Shown: in pieces, positions 20,409 to 31,232 of the stretch
How positions within the stretch are numbered: the stretch's first letter is position 1
Layout: the number at the start of each line of letters is the position of its first letter
Origin: an uncultured Armatimonadia bacterium
GTDB taxonomy: Bacteria; Armatimonadota; Zipacnadia; CAVVLO01
Direction: 5' to 3'
Assembly: GCA_963749155.1 (NCBI GenBank)
Contig: CAVVLO010000003.1
Span: 128,001 to 192,000, forward strand
Length of the DNA: 64,000 nt
The notes under the pieces: generated by a model
What the model was told of the DNA's origin: nothing
Database searches by the model: none
Seen by the model: the letters and a program-made list of their open reading frames with translations, nothing else
Made by a program: the position numbers and the translations under genes

Positions 20409-22718
20409 CTAGATAGCCCGCAACACCAACAGCTGACCTGGTTCGGTATCAAACTCCAGATAGCCAAGCTCGTTCTGTTCTACACGTACCGGTTCATCTG
20501 CGAGATAAGCCTCGCACGCGACATCGGGCGCCATTATCAAGCACTTCCCCCCCTTGCGAGAGAGGATACTCGCTTCGACAAATTCGTCATTGCGCCAGGT
20601 GATATCGACGACGAAGCCGCCCCGCGCGCAAAGTCCCGTCACCTTGCCTTCGGACCAGGCCTCGGGCAGTGCCGGCAGCAGATGGATAAAGCCCCGCTGG
20701 CTTTGCAGCAGCATCTCGGCCATCGCCGCTGTCGCTCCAAAGTTGCCATCTATCTGGAAGATATGCGGCGGGTGCAAATCCAGCAGGCTGGGCGTCGTGA
20801 ACTGCCGCAGCAGCTCCTGGATATGTTCGAAAGCCAGGTTCCCTTCGAGGAAACGAGCCCACAAAGCGGCAGTCCAGGCGCGACTCCAGCCCGTATGCCC
20901 CCCGCCCGCTGCAAGTCTGAGCTCCAGCGAGACGCGCGCCGCTGTAAACAACTCCGGTAGCCTCTCAGGGGTCATCAGCTCGCCGGGGAATACACCGACC
21001 AGATGGGAATAATGCCGATGACCTGGCTCTACTTCCTCGAAATCTTCCAGCCACTCCTGAAGCTGGCCCTTCCGGCCAATGTGGAAGTCAGCCAGGTGTT
21101 CGAGCGCATATAGCCAGTCCGGACGCAGTGGATCATCCAGTCCAAGCAACTGGCTTGCCGCAAGGCAGCGCTCGAAAGTCTCGCGTACAAAGACCAGGTC
21201 CATTGTCGAAGCGACACCGATACTGACAGGTTCCGCCCCCCCTCTGAACCGGTTCTCGGGCGATTGACTCGGCACGGTAACCAGTTTCCCGTCCTCGGCT
21301 TGCACCAGGTAGTCCAGGTAGAACTCTGCCACCAGTTTGTAGAAGGGATAAGCCTGCTCGCGAAGGAATTCCTCCTCTCCCGAAAACTCCCACCGCTGCC
21401 AGAAGTGCTGCGCGAGCCAGGCCGCAGCGCCTGTCCAGATGTCCCAACCAGGCGACTCAGGGGTGCACCGGGCCCAGACATCATCGGTGATTGGGAAGCA
21501 CACTCCCTTGCACCCGTAGAGCTTATTGGCGGCATCCTTGGCATAGGGCACGGCGCGCCAGACGAATTCGAACAGCGGTGCGGTGCATTCAGGCAGGTTG
21601 CAGATCTCGGCCAGCCAGTAGTTCATCTCGAGGTTTACATCCTGATGGAAGTCCGCATCCCAGGGAGGCGCAAGTTCGGCATTCCAGAGGCCCTGCAGGT
21701 TGGCGGGCTGGTCCGAGTTGCGGCTCGAGGCCATCAGCAGGTAGCGCCCGTAATTAAAGTAGAGCGCCGGTAGTGAGGGATCGTCTTCGCCAGTCCTGAC
21801 TCGCGCCAGGCGTTCCTCAAGGGGCAGAGATTCAAGTTCCTCATCGCCCGGTAAATCCAGGCTGACGCGTGTGAAAAGCGTCTTGTGCTCTCTGGTATGA
21901 GCTTCCAGCACCTCATCGAAGTCGCGCGACAGCAGGTCGAGTCTTTCGGTGCAGCATGAGACAGGATCAGGACACTCGTAGTTGGTGGCCATCGTCAGGG
22001 CAATCCAGGCGGATTTTGCCTCTCCGACAAGCACTTCCCTCTCGTGGCCCGAGGTGTAACCTCCCTCGACGAACAAACGCGCTTCCGCTGCGAAGGCGAT
22101 GCCTTCTTCGAACAAGCCCTCAAGCCCCAGGGAATGCGGGCTGGCCCAGGTGGTCAGCTTGCAGTCGGGATCCAGTGTCCGAGTAAGCTCCGCGGTAAAG
22201 GCCAGAGCGCCTTCGGTATCCGCTTCAAGCTGCACCGACTAGCACGTTGTCAACCGCCGAAGCGAAGACTCGCCTGGTGTAGCCAACTCCCCCCGCCTCA
22301 TAGCTGACCTCAACAACGCCCTTCTTCCAGATACAAGACTCGCGAATAATCACGCGGTTCAGGCTGGTCAAGCAGGTGGAGCACCAATTCACCCAGCGGG
22401 TTGATAGGGCTCTACCCTCCGGTCGTGCCCTGACAGGTGTTCAGTCGCAAGCGCCGCGCCTTCGAGCCATTCTCCAGCAAGGAGTTTCTCTCTGATTGCT
22501 GGCAGGTGGCCTCGCACCATCGGGCAGCTTCGGTCATTGGTACGCCCGCGCCAAAGATTCTCGTGGTTGAGCCAAAGTCGTTCTTCCGGCACGCCTCCTG
22601 CCACCATCGCACCTAACTGGCCATTGCCGACGGGCAAGGCTTCAAGCCACTCTTCGGCTGGCGAAGCTAGCCAAAGCTCGGTTAATATCCTCTCGGCGTC
22701 TTCCATATGCGCCGTCAC
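20409..22718 (-). CDS. GH95 alpha-1,2-L-fucosidase, frameshifts at ~22235-22400
   Basis: WLEALPVGNGQLGAM, FNYGRYLLMASSR, PANLQGLWN, VNLEMNYW, GQLQEW, HRHYSHL, FQIDGNFG. Confidence 0.9.
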
Positions 22719-22736
22719 CTGCCCTTCCTGCGCCTC

Positions 22737-23636
22737 TTAAGGCGTTGATACGCTCCCGACCGCAGCGCCTTTCACATAGAAAGTCACCGTATACTGCCCG
22801 CTACCGCTAGTCTGCCAGGTGTGGTTGGCCCCCCAGGAGCAGACTCCAGTTGTGCCGTTCACCACGCCCAGATAACCGATTTTCTGCTTGCCGCCCCCGG
22901 TTACGCCTTGCCCAGTGCAGGAAGCCTCTATATCCACTGTGCCGCCTGGACTGAAAAACTGCCCCTCGCCCCGGTTGTTCAGATACCAGAGGGGATAGTA
23001 GAAGACCTCGCTAGGGTTGAACTCAGTCTCGGCCAGGGTCTCCTCGCTCATCCTCAGCCAGCCGAATACCGAATTGCCCTCTTTGCTCACTGTCATCTCG
23101 GCGGTGCCCCCTGCGATAAGACAGGTACCCGCGCCGACCGCACCGCCAGTGGTCTCGGTAGTGGTTTCTGCAGGTCCTGTTGTCGTCGAATCGCTGGGAG
23201 TGTAATCTCCAGCGGGAGGAGGCGTTACCTGATGCGGCTGGAAGCCCGGATTCGCAGCCTCCTGCTTCACTTTGGCAAGTTCCGCCGCCAGGTTGCCTTC
23301 GCCTCCGAACAGGATATTGGAAAGGTCCACTGCGCCAGCGCCAATCCCAGCCCCAGGCAGCGGCGCCAGTACGGCCTTCAGTCCTGACTGGACGCCCACA
23401 GCGCCCAGTTGCTGCACCGCTTGATACTCTTCACCGCGATGCTGCTCGAAGGGATCCGCCGAGGCCGGATCATAGGCCGGATCCTGCATCGCGCGTTCGG
23501 CCTGGGTAAAAATAGCATCCAGGTGTTGTTTGTCAGTCATCGCGTTCTTGCTCAACGCATAAAGCCCGCCACCGACTGTAACTGCAAGCAGCAACCCCGT
23601 CACTACAAAGCCCGATTGCTTGCGCGAAGTCTTCAT
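22737..23636 (-). CDS. Hypothetical exported protein with class III (prepilin-like) signal
   Basis: MKTSRKQSG|FVVTGLLLAVTV; Thr-rich linker; ATGA overlap with the upstream gene. Confidence 0.65.
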   Translation of the reverse strand: MKTSRKQSGFVVTGLLLAVTVGGGLYALSKNAMTDKQHLDAIFTQAERAMQDPAYDPASADPFEQHRGEEYQAVQQLGAVGVQSGLKAVLAPLPGAGIGAGAVDLSNILFGGEGNLAAELAKVKQEAANPGFQPHQVTPPPAGDYTPSDSTTTGPAETTTETTGGAVGAGTCLIAGGTAEMTVSKEGNSVFGWLRMSEETLAETEFNPSEVFYYPLWYLNNRGEGQFFSPGGTVDIEASCTGQGVTGGGKQKIGYLGVVNGTTGVCSWGANHTWQTSGSGQYTVTFYVKGAAVGSVSTP

Positions 23637-25204
23637 CTGATTATCTCCCCCTCCGCCAGGCTCTTCTCGGCGCTCCACAGCTTGCCGTCCTTGAAGCCAA
23701 GAATCAGACAATCGTCGAAAAGCAGATACACCAGTTCTCCAAGCACTGGAGAAGAACGCGTATAAGTCACCTTGGGTGGCCCGAAGATGCGCTCCGCCAT
23801 CGTCTGAGTCCAGTTCTGACTCAGCTTCCAGGGCTCGAGCAGCAGGGGATGAGTCGCTGCATCGCCCTCAAGAGGGTCCATCTCGAGCGCCCCAGTGAAG
23901 ACCCCATTACGGAAGTAGAACTGCCTGGGCTGATACCTGCCGAACACCTTGCCCCCGGCGCCCGTGTAGTAATAGCCATAGACCTCGCACCACACCTGCT
24001 GCTCCTCGTCGAAGACGATTGTGAAAGTGTTTGGCATCCCAAGGTCGGCTACCAGCTTCGCCTGGTCGCTCGAAGGGGGCCGAAGCGTCGGCAGAAGCCG
24101 CCAGTCCACCTCGGTATATTGCATCTGGAACGACCAGTTGGTATTCCACGTGCCGGCTGAGCCTTTGCGCCAGCGCCCTTTCAGCCACTGGCCATCTGCC
24201 GAAAGACGTAGTTCGAACTGCCCGGCGTCGTTCGGCTCCTGATAGCTGGGCGCCTGACGCCAGGTGCCTGAGAGCAGATCTCCCACCAGGATGCCTTCGA
24301 GTTGCCCCTTGTTCTGAGTGTAGACCCCTGTGATACGGTCGCCATGCTGGGTCAGGGTCAGTTTGTTGGTCTCGCCCTGCCACCAGGTGCCAAGCAGGGG
24401 GCCGCCAGGTGGGATATCGTTCAGGATAAGGTCACTTGGCACATCGCTTGCGCCAGTAGTCGTGCCAGAGGTATCGGTCCAACCGCCAGTAGCGCCGCCC
24501 GGGTCGGTAACGTCGCCTCCAGTGTCAGACGTACCGCCTCCAAGCCAGGGGGGAGCAAGTGGTGTAGTGCCTTTGAAGTAGCTCTCATCCGAGAACCAGG
24601 GCTCGGTGGAAGGGATATTGAAAGATTTCGGCGGCGTTGGAGGCAGCTTGTCTACGGTCTGAGAGGTCTGCCCTGCGCCGACAGTCACTTCGCTCGCGCC
24701 GAGCATCCCGCCTAAAAGGCCACCGCCTGGCTGCCGGAACACGACCGAGCCTTCGTAGCATCGCACTGTGCCAATCTGGTCGGCGGTAATCAGCTCTGCT
24801 CGCGCCGAAACCAGCTCGGACACGCCTCGGGCTGTCTTGATGAAGAGCGCTGGCGAGCAGCCTTCCGCCTTCAAGAAAAGGACGCCGGACTTCACCTTCC
24901 AGCTTTCCTTGCCCGCATCACTTTGAGGGCCGAGGTACTGCACCTGGGTCGAAGGCCCAAGCCTCAGCCAGGCGCCTTCAATAAGGGCGATCTCGCAAGC
25001 CCCATCGAGGCCTGTAGCCAGCGTCGCGCCAGGCAGGATACCTTCCCCCGCCCCCAAATCGGCCTTGGTGCCATCGCCATAATCAACGGTGACCTGGCCG
25101 CGCGCATAGGTAACGAAGGGCCCCTGGGGCAGCGGGGTCAGGGCGACCAGTAGCAGTCCGGCAAATGCAATCCCAAGTAATACTAGAGGCTTGGTTGGTC
25201 TCAT
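23633..25204 (-). CDS. Exported FecR-domain multidomain protein
   Basis: Signal peptide; FecR pattern (ILPGATLATG..GACEI..LRLGPST..VRCYEGSV); G/T/D-rich linker; Trp/Gly beta-barrel-like domain; GGAGG RBS. Confidence 0.75.
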   Translation of the reverse strand: MRPTKPLVLLGIAFAGLLLVALTPLPQGPFVTYARGQVTVDYGDGTKADLGAGEGILPGATLATGLDGACEIALIEGAWLRLGPSTQVQYLGPQSDAGKESWKVKSGVLFLKAEGCSPALFIKTARGVSELVSARAELITADQIGTVRCYEGSVVFRQPGGGLLGGMLGASEVTVGAGQTSQTVDKLPPTPPKSFNIPSTEPWFSDESYFKGTTPLAPPWLGGGTSDTGGDVTDPGGATGGWTDTSGTTTGASDVPSDLILNDIPPGGPLLGTWWQGETNKLTLTQHGDRITGVYTQNKGQLEGILVGDLLSGTWRQAPSYQEPNDAGQFELRLSADGQWLKGRWRKGSAGTWNTNWSFQMQYTEVDWRLLPTLRPPSSDQAKLVADLGMPNTFTIVFDEEQQVWCEVYGYYYTGAGGKVFGRYQPRQFYFRNGVFTGALEMDPLEGDAATHPLLLEPWKLSQNWTQTMAERIFGPPKVTYTRSSPVLGELVYLLFDDCLILGFKDGKLWSAEKSLAEGEIIR

Positions 25205-25278
25205 ATTCTCCCTCCAAGCGAGTCTTGGCCGGGCCAATATTCGCCGCGAAAACCTCTCCTCCTGCCTGCCCCAGACTC

Positions 25279-25307
25279 TTGCGCGGCCCTGCGCGATGCG
25301 TTATACT
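25279..25307 (+). promoter_or_regulatory. sigma70 promoter of tRNA-Asn
   Basis: TTGCGC-N17-TATACT, 18 nt before the tRNA. Confidence 0.6.
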
Positions 25308-25325
25308 CCATCCGCACTGAGGCGC

Positions 25326-25401
25326 TCCTTGGTAGCTCAATCGGCAGAGCGGATGGCTGTTAACCATTAGGTTGTAGGTTCGAGTCCTACCCAAGGAGCC
25401 A
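25326..25401 (+). tRNA. tRNA-Asn (GTT)
   Basis: 76 nt; acceptor TCCTTGG/CCAAGGA, anticodon loop CTGTTAA, GGTTCGAGTCC T-arm, discriminator G, encoded CCA. Confidence 0.97.
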
Positions 25402-25593
25402 ATCTTCCCCTATTTCCCTATCAACAGTTACAGTTTGTTCTAATCATGCTTCACAGACTAGGCCCTTCTTTGTCGTTCTGGGAGTGTGCGCAAGTCTATG
25501 GCAGACCGAAGTCCATACGCAGCCCTTGCCGGGTATTACTACCAGTTTGACCATACGATTCTGTTGCCCTCTGGCGGATAGCGCTCCTGGGCG

Positions 25594-27396
25594 CTAGCTG
25601 GGTTCTGGCTTTTTTGCGTGTATGCTCACCCCAGAGAGATGGGGCGCGCGGCTCTTGCCGGTAACTTCGACCTTCAGTTCTCCATCACTGACCCTAACTT
25701 CGAAAGGGCCATACTTGCGCCAGTCCCCAGTTCGTAGTGCCCCCAGATTACGCCCTGCCAGGACGTCTTCCAGCATCACGTCGAAGACACGCTCGAAAGA
25801 CCAGTAGAAATCACCCCACTCGAAAACCCACAGGTAGACGTCATAGAGCCCCTCCTCCAGCGGTTGCCGAAGGGTGAAGGCGGCCTCTGCTGTAAGGGTA
25901 CTCTGAAGCATCGCGCTTAGGTCTTGCCCTGGAAAAGGAGCCGGTGCCTCGGGTCTCGTTAGCGCAGAGGCGCCTTCGACTCGCAAGCCTTGCGCCTGGG
26001 CTCTCTCCATCCCCAGCCACGGGTTGCCTTCGATGACCGCATCTGGACCGCCCAGGTTGATGCCCAGGACGAAGGGTCGCTCCTCCCTTGCCTGCCCACT
26101 CGCTACTCTCACCATAATCTGGGCATACCTGGTCAAAGCCGGCTCTCCACTATCGGTCACCTCGCATACAAGACATATTTTATCTCCATAACAAGCCTTT
26201 TCCGGTACGATCAGCAAGGCTTCTCGCCTGGTGGCGTTTTCTAGCTGGGGCGGTTCCTCACAACTACTGGGCCCAGCATAATACCACCAGCGATAGGCCA
26301 ACTCGTCCCCATCGGCATCACTGGCGGTCACGCTCAGGTGAAGACGATCTCCTTGCCTGGCGATGAGATCAGCCTGGCCTTCCAGTTGCACAACGGGAGG
26401 GTGGTTAGCCTCTTCCGGGCCCCTTACGCACCAGTCGGCCCGGGCGGCAAGCTCTCTCTGGAAGGCTGGTGTCCAGCGCCAGACAGGCTTCGTGACGTCA
26501 AAATCGTCCAGTGTGTCCTGCCAGTGCACCTTGCTGCCAGGCTCAAGCTCGTAGCGCCCGCCCCAACTGCCGAGGTCTGGCTCGGACAAGCCGCGGAGGC
26601 CAACAGGTAGTGCATGCAGGAAGGTGACCGAGTCGCCTTCCCCGATGAACAGGCCCCCCGAGGCGCCTGGCCGGTACGAGCACAGCGCTCCGTGGCCGAC
26701 CGTAACATGCTCCATCATCCAGCTTGACGCGTAGTATTCGTTTTGCTCGGGCGGCACAAAGAGCGACGTTGCGTAGCCGATGCCCTTCCAGCCACCGTAC
26801 GCCCCGATGGTCACCAGGTCGGGCCAGTTGGGCCAGATAGAGTCCTCCAGCGAGCTGTCCTGGTTTAGGGTAAACACGAGACGCGCTTTGCGGCACACTT
26901 TTGCCATCTGCTCCGGCTGATGTTTCCGGATATGCTCCAGCGCCCGGGCAATCGTATTGTTGCCGCCCCATGACAGCAGGAGCACAGGACGCTCATCTTC
27001 ATCCAGCAGCACCTGGGCAAGGCGATCGGCGCCCGGCGTGTCAGTGCTCATATCTCCTGTGGAGGCAATGTTGCCAACAAAGACACGCTGCAGCAGTAGC
27101 TCGGGAGCTGGGTATGCGCCATCGTGTTGCGCCAGGCTGGGATAGACCTCCGCATAGCGGGTCAGGGTGGCCTGGATCCAGTCAGTGCCAGCCCAATTGC
27201 CGTTCGCCACCGAGTGGAAGACTGAGCTTGTATAGATGAGCCCTTCCAAATCGAATTCGTTGGCGCAAAGCAGCAACCGCACCAGGGAGCATTGGTCATC
27301 TACCTCCCCATCGGTGGTGACTAGCGCCCGGGGCTTTTGACACGCTGCGGGAAGAGCCAGCAATATGACTATTGCTCCCGGCCAGTACGCAAGCAA
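25594..27396 (-). CDS. DUF1593 (Sde182-like nucleoside-hydrolase-like) protein with C-terminal malectin-like domain; start uncertain
   Basis: LVTTDGEVDDQCSLVRLLL, WGGNNTIARAL, GEGDS, SWGGRY, AARADWC..ANHPP; C-terminal GINLGG..RVFDVMLED..VSDGEL. Confidence 0.8.
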   Translation of the reverse strand: MLAYWPGAIVILLALPAACQKPRALVTTDGEVDDQCSLVRLLLCANEFDLEGLIYTSSVFHSVANGNWAGTDWIQATLTRYAEVYPSLAQHDGAYPAPELLLQRVFVGNIASTGDMSTDTPGADRLAQVLLDEDERPVLLLSWGGNNTIARALEHIRKHQPEQMAKVCRKARLVFTLNQDSSLEDSIWPNWPDLVTIGAYGGWKGIGYATSLFVPPEQNEYYASSWMMEHVTVGHGALCSYRPGASGGLFIGEGDSVTFLHALPVGLRGLSEPDLGSWGGRYELEPGSKVHWQDTLDDFDVTKPVWRWTPAFQRELAARADWCVRGPEEANHPPVVQLEGQADLIARQGDRLHLSVTASDADGDELAYRWWYYAGPSSCEEPPQLENATRREALLIVPEKACYGDKICLVCEVTDSGEPALTRYAQIMVRVASGQAREERPFVLGINLGGPDAVIEGNPWLGMERAQAQGLRVEGASALTRPEAPAPFPGQDLSAMLQSTLTAEAAFTLRQPLEEGLYDVYLWVFEWGDFYWSFERVFDVMLEDVLAGRNLGALRTGDWRKYGPFEVRVSDGELKVEVTGKSRAPHLSGVSIHAKKPEPS

Positions 27397-27543
27397 TCCT
27401 TGAGAGTCGGCCCACTCGATTCACCTCAGGTACGTCTTCTACACCAGCTTCCCGCTTCCTGTGCCCCGCCTTCACTTGCTGCAGGGAACCGCAATCCGGT
27501 GCCGAAAAGCTGCTACACCTGGCCTGGCGCCCTGGAGGTGTCC

Positions 27544-29848
27544 GTGAGAGGACTGCTGCTTGCCCTGGTCCTTCTGCTCTGCCTGCCCCAACTGGTGCGA
27601 GCAGAGACACCGCTTGACCGCTGGCGGACGATGAAGTATGGCTTCTTCGTCCACTACGTCTGGGATGGTGTCGGCGGGGTCACCCGCAATCCCGACGGCA
27701 GCGCCCCGGCCTCGATCGACGCCCTGTGCGACAGCTTTAACGCCCAGGCCTTCGCCGACGATCTGGCTTCTATGGGCGTCGAGTACCTGGTCTTCACCGC
27801 CTGGCACTCCAATATGTACCCACTCTACCCAAGCGCTGCCATTGACCGAGTACAGCCTGGCCGCTCCCCCAAACGTGACCTGCTGGGCGACGTCCTGGAC
27901 GCTGTAAAGGCCAAAGGGCTTCGCGTTTTCTTCTACACCCATCCCGAGCAGCCGGTCTTTGGGATGCCGAACGCCGAGTGGAATGACTTCCTCAAGGAGC
28001 TTTACGGCGAACTCGTGGACCGCTACGGAAGTCGCCTCGATGGTCTGTACCTGGATGAGAACAGCATCTGGGGAGATATGAACCTGCGCGAGGACTTCCC
28101 CAGGCTGGAGCGCACCATCCGCAGCCGCCAGCCCCACCTGCTGCTCATGCAGAACTTCTACGGCAATATGTATGTCGCCGACGTCGGCGTGGCCGAATAT
28201 AACTCCTTCCAGCCTAAGGATCCGTTGACCTGGGGCGTCGGCTCCTATCAGGGCGTCGCTCATGTGATGTCCCGCACTTGGGCCGCCCAGGTGCCCCTGG
28301 GCACGCTGGCAACTCCCTTCACGCCGGAAGGAATCTTCCGCTTCACCGTGCTGCAGGCAGCCACGAACCTTGATGGAGGGGGAGTCTTCTGGGCGGCTGG
28401 CCCCTATGCCGGTGGCGGATGGGAGAGCGGTATCCTGACCACGATGCAGCAGGTCGGAGCTTATCTTGCCCCCATATCGGCGTCCATCAAGCACACGCTG
28501 GCCAGTCTCTCCTGGCCGACTCCGACGGGCACCGCCATGAGCTCTCTGGCTTGGGGAGTGGCGACCAGGGCGCCGGATGATAACCTTGAATATGTGCACG
28601 TGCTCAAGCCTCAGTTGGGAACTGCACTTCATCTGCCGCCCCCGGCTGATGGCAAAATCTTCGACTCGGCACGCCTGCTCTCCTCGGGCAAGCCCGTCGG
28701 TTTCAACCAGGACGTGGCCGGAGTTCACCTGCTGCTTCCCCCAGGCACGGACTGGGATCCTCTGGACACGGTGATCGAGTTTGACCACCCGGTGCCAGGG
28801 CGGGCCAGGCCTTGTAAACGACACCAGCTCCGCTTTCACCTACACCGGCAACTCCTGGGTTCACCTCCCAGATCGCGGCCTGGGCGAGTTCCAGAACGAC
28901 GTTCACGAAGCCACGGCAGACGGTGATGGGTTCAGCCTCGCTTTCAACGGCACTGAAGTGGAGTTGCTCGCGAGTGGAAGCGGAATTCAGTGTCAGCTTG
29001 GTCTCTACCTCGATGGCTCGCTCTTGGAGCCTGTGGAGGTGCCAGCGGGTGCTCCTCCGCGCCAGGTCGTCTTCGGTCGCACTGGGCTGGCGAGGGGCGC
29101 GCACGAGTTGCGCGGCGTCAAGCTGGGTGGGGGCTCTCTCCTTGTGGATGCCGCCCGGGTGGTCGAGTTTGTGCCGGGAGACGACTCAAGTCTGGTCGCC
29201 TCCGGCCTGGTGGAGACGCTCAATGACACCGACCCGCGTCTTACGTACTCGGGGCCGAGTTGGGCCTACCAGCCCAATCGCGATCAGGGCGAACTCGGTG
29301 CCGACATCCACTATGCGACCCATAACGGCGACTTCTTCACACTTGCCTTCACCGGCTCCGGCGTAGAGTTCCTGTCCAACGCGGGTGAGAATCGCGCGGT
29401 CATCGACTTCTACCTGGATGGGGTCTACCGCGCTACCGTGGATATGCGCGCCGGCCAGGGCAGTCGGCAGCGGATGTTCTCGCTACTTGGCTTGCCCACT
29501 GGCCCTCATGTGCTGAAGGGGGTCAAGACCTACGGGACCTGGATGGAGATCGATATGTTCCGAGTCTATGAGCCTGCCCCGGACGCCAAGGGCCCAGGCA
29601 GTTATGTAGAGCTTTCATTCACCGGCACAGGGGTAGCGCTGATCGCCCCTCGCAGCCCTGATCAGGGCACTCTTGAGCTCTACCTCGATGGCGCGCTCGT
29701 TCGCAGAGCCAACCACTACAGCTCGGCAAGCCTGCCAGAGGCCGCCACCTTCCAGCTCGCCGGTTTGGCCTTTGGCCAGCACGTGCTGACAGTGGTAAAC
29801 AAGACCGGTGACGTGCTTGCGGTGAGTGCCTTCCGCGTCTACAAGTAG
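27544..29848 (+). CDS. GH29-like alpha-L-fucosidase with repeated C-terminal carbohydrate-binding beta-sandwich modules, frameshift near 28785
   Basis: WRTMKYGFFVHY, YLVFTAWH, RDLLGD, ELVDRYG; repeated NDT...YxGxSW...FxGTxVE..YLDG modules; GGAGG RBS before GTG. Confidence 0.75.
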
Positions 29849-29939
29849 AGACTCTGCGTCAGCCTGGGCAGCCTGCGCAGGGAAACCGCTCTCCAGTTCG
29901 AACCTTTCTCAAGCCTTGGCTCGAACTCGGAGGTTCCTT

Positions 29940-31163
29940 ATGAAAGCTCTCCTGCTGCTCGCGATACTGTTCGTTGGTCTGTACAGGGCCAGTCTGGCCC
30001 AGGGTTTCGTCACCGCTGATGGTCCCAGGTTGCTGCTTGACGGCCAGGAATATCGCGCTATCGGCGTGAACCTTCCCCATCTCCACACCGCCTACAACGG
30101 CACCTGGCACCATAACGCCGAAAAATATGGCACTCCCGAGAACGCCCGGCAGGCTGTGATTGATGCGATTGAGGACGCAGAGCGAAGCAAAGTAGCCTTC
30201 ATCCGATTTTTCGCGAATCCCGGCTATCCAATCGATATAGACAAGCTGTTCACCAGAGACAACGAGGAATACTGGCGTCAGTTCGACGAGGTCGTCGAGC
30301 TATGCCGCGCGCACAATCTCAAGCTCGTGCCCTCCTTCAATATGATGAGCACCTGGCACTGGTACTTCAACGAGCCCAGGCAGGCTCTGCTTGATCCAGG
30401 TTCAAAGACCCATAAAGCCTCTTACGACTATATCCGGCAGCTTGTGACCCGCTACAAAGACGACCCGGTAATCCTGATGTGGGAACTTGCCAACGAGGCG
30501 ATGCTAGGCTGTGATGTGGATGTCGCAGGGCAGCCTGGAATGAACGCTGGCCTCTTTTCGCCGGGAGTCGAACCGCGCGAGCTCCAGACCCGCGAGGACT
30601 GTTTTACCTGGGACCTCTTGCTGCGCATCTATAAAGAACAGACCACTTTCATAAAGGCACTCGACCCTAATCATCTCGTGACCAGCGGCGATGCCAGCGT
30701 GCGCGCCGAGTGCACAAGCCGACGCGAGACCTTCCCCGATTTTAAATATCGCAGCGACACCTATCGTGAATGGATTGCCAACAACCTCGCCTCGCAGCCG
30801 GAGCCACTCGAGGTCGCCAGTTATCATATCTATGGCGGCCCTTCGGACACGACCTCCTGGGATGGCGCCTTCAAGCTGCCCCCGCTCGAGTTCTACAGAG
30901 GCCTCATACGCGCAACTCACGCGGCGCAGATGCCAGTCTTCATCGGAGAGTTCGGCCAGCACAATCCTTCCTTCCTGGAGGACCCGGAGGCTTCTTTCAC
31001 GAGGGCGCTGATTGATCTGTTCGAGCAGGAAGAGGTTTCACTGGCGGCGCTTTGGGTTTGGCATTTCAACTGGCAGCCCGACCTGACCGTCAGCAGCGCC
31101 ACCCACCCGCTACTCACCGAGCGCATCGCCGAGTTCAATCGCAAATATGCGGGGCTTGAGTAA
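29940..31163 (+). CDS. GH5 (mannanase/cellulase-like) glycoside hydrolase
   Basis: Signal peptide; RYKDDPVILMWELANE, DPNHLVTSG, PVFIGEFG. Confidence 0.85.
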   Translation: MKALLLLAILFVGLYRASLAQGFVTADGPRLLLDGQEYRAIGVNLPHLHTAYNGTWHHNAEKYGTPENARQAVIDAIEDAERSKVAFIRFFANPGYPIDIDKLFTRDNEEYWRQFDEVVELCRAHNLKLVPSFNMMSTWHWYFNEPRQALLDPGSKTHKASYDYIRQLVTRYKDDPVILMWELANEAMLGCDVDVAGQPGMNAGLFSPGVEPRELQTREDCFTWDLLLRIYKEQTTFIKALDPNHLVTSGDASVRAECTSRRETFPDFKYRSDTYREWIANNLASQPEPLEVASYHIYGGPSDTTSWDGAFKLPPLEFYRGLIRATHAAQMPVFIGEFGQHNPSFLEDPEASFTRALIDLFEQEEVSLAALWVWHFNWQPDLTVSSATHPLLTERIAEFNRKYAGLE

Positions 31164-31232
31164 CTGGCCAGGCTACTTCAAAATGGCCCAGCTCTGCAGA
31201 AGAGCTACTCCGAGAAGAAACTGAGTGCAGTA

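Noticed and set aside
25402..25590. Integrative element attached to tRNA-Asn (TATCAACAGTTAC just downstream resembles att-flanking/IHF-like sequence)
   Set aside because: No integrase and no duplicated tRNA 3' end noticed in the window; the motif does not fit WATCAR-N4-TTR exactly.
27491..27504. Additional sigma54 promoter CGGCACCGGATTGC on the minus strand
   Set aside because: Spacing is GG-N9-GC rather than the required N10.
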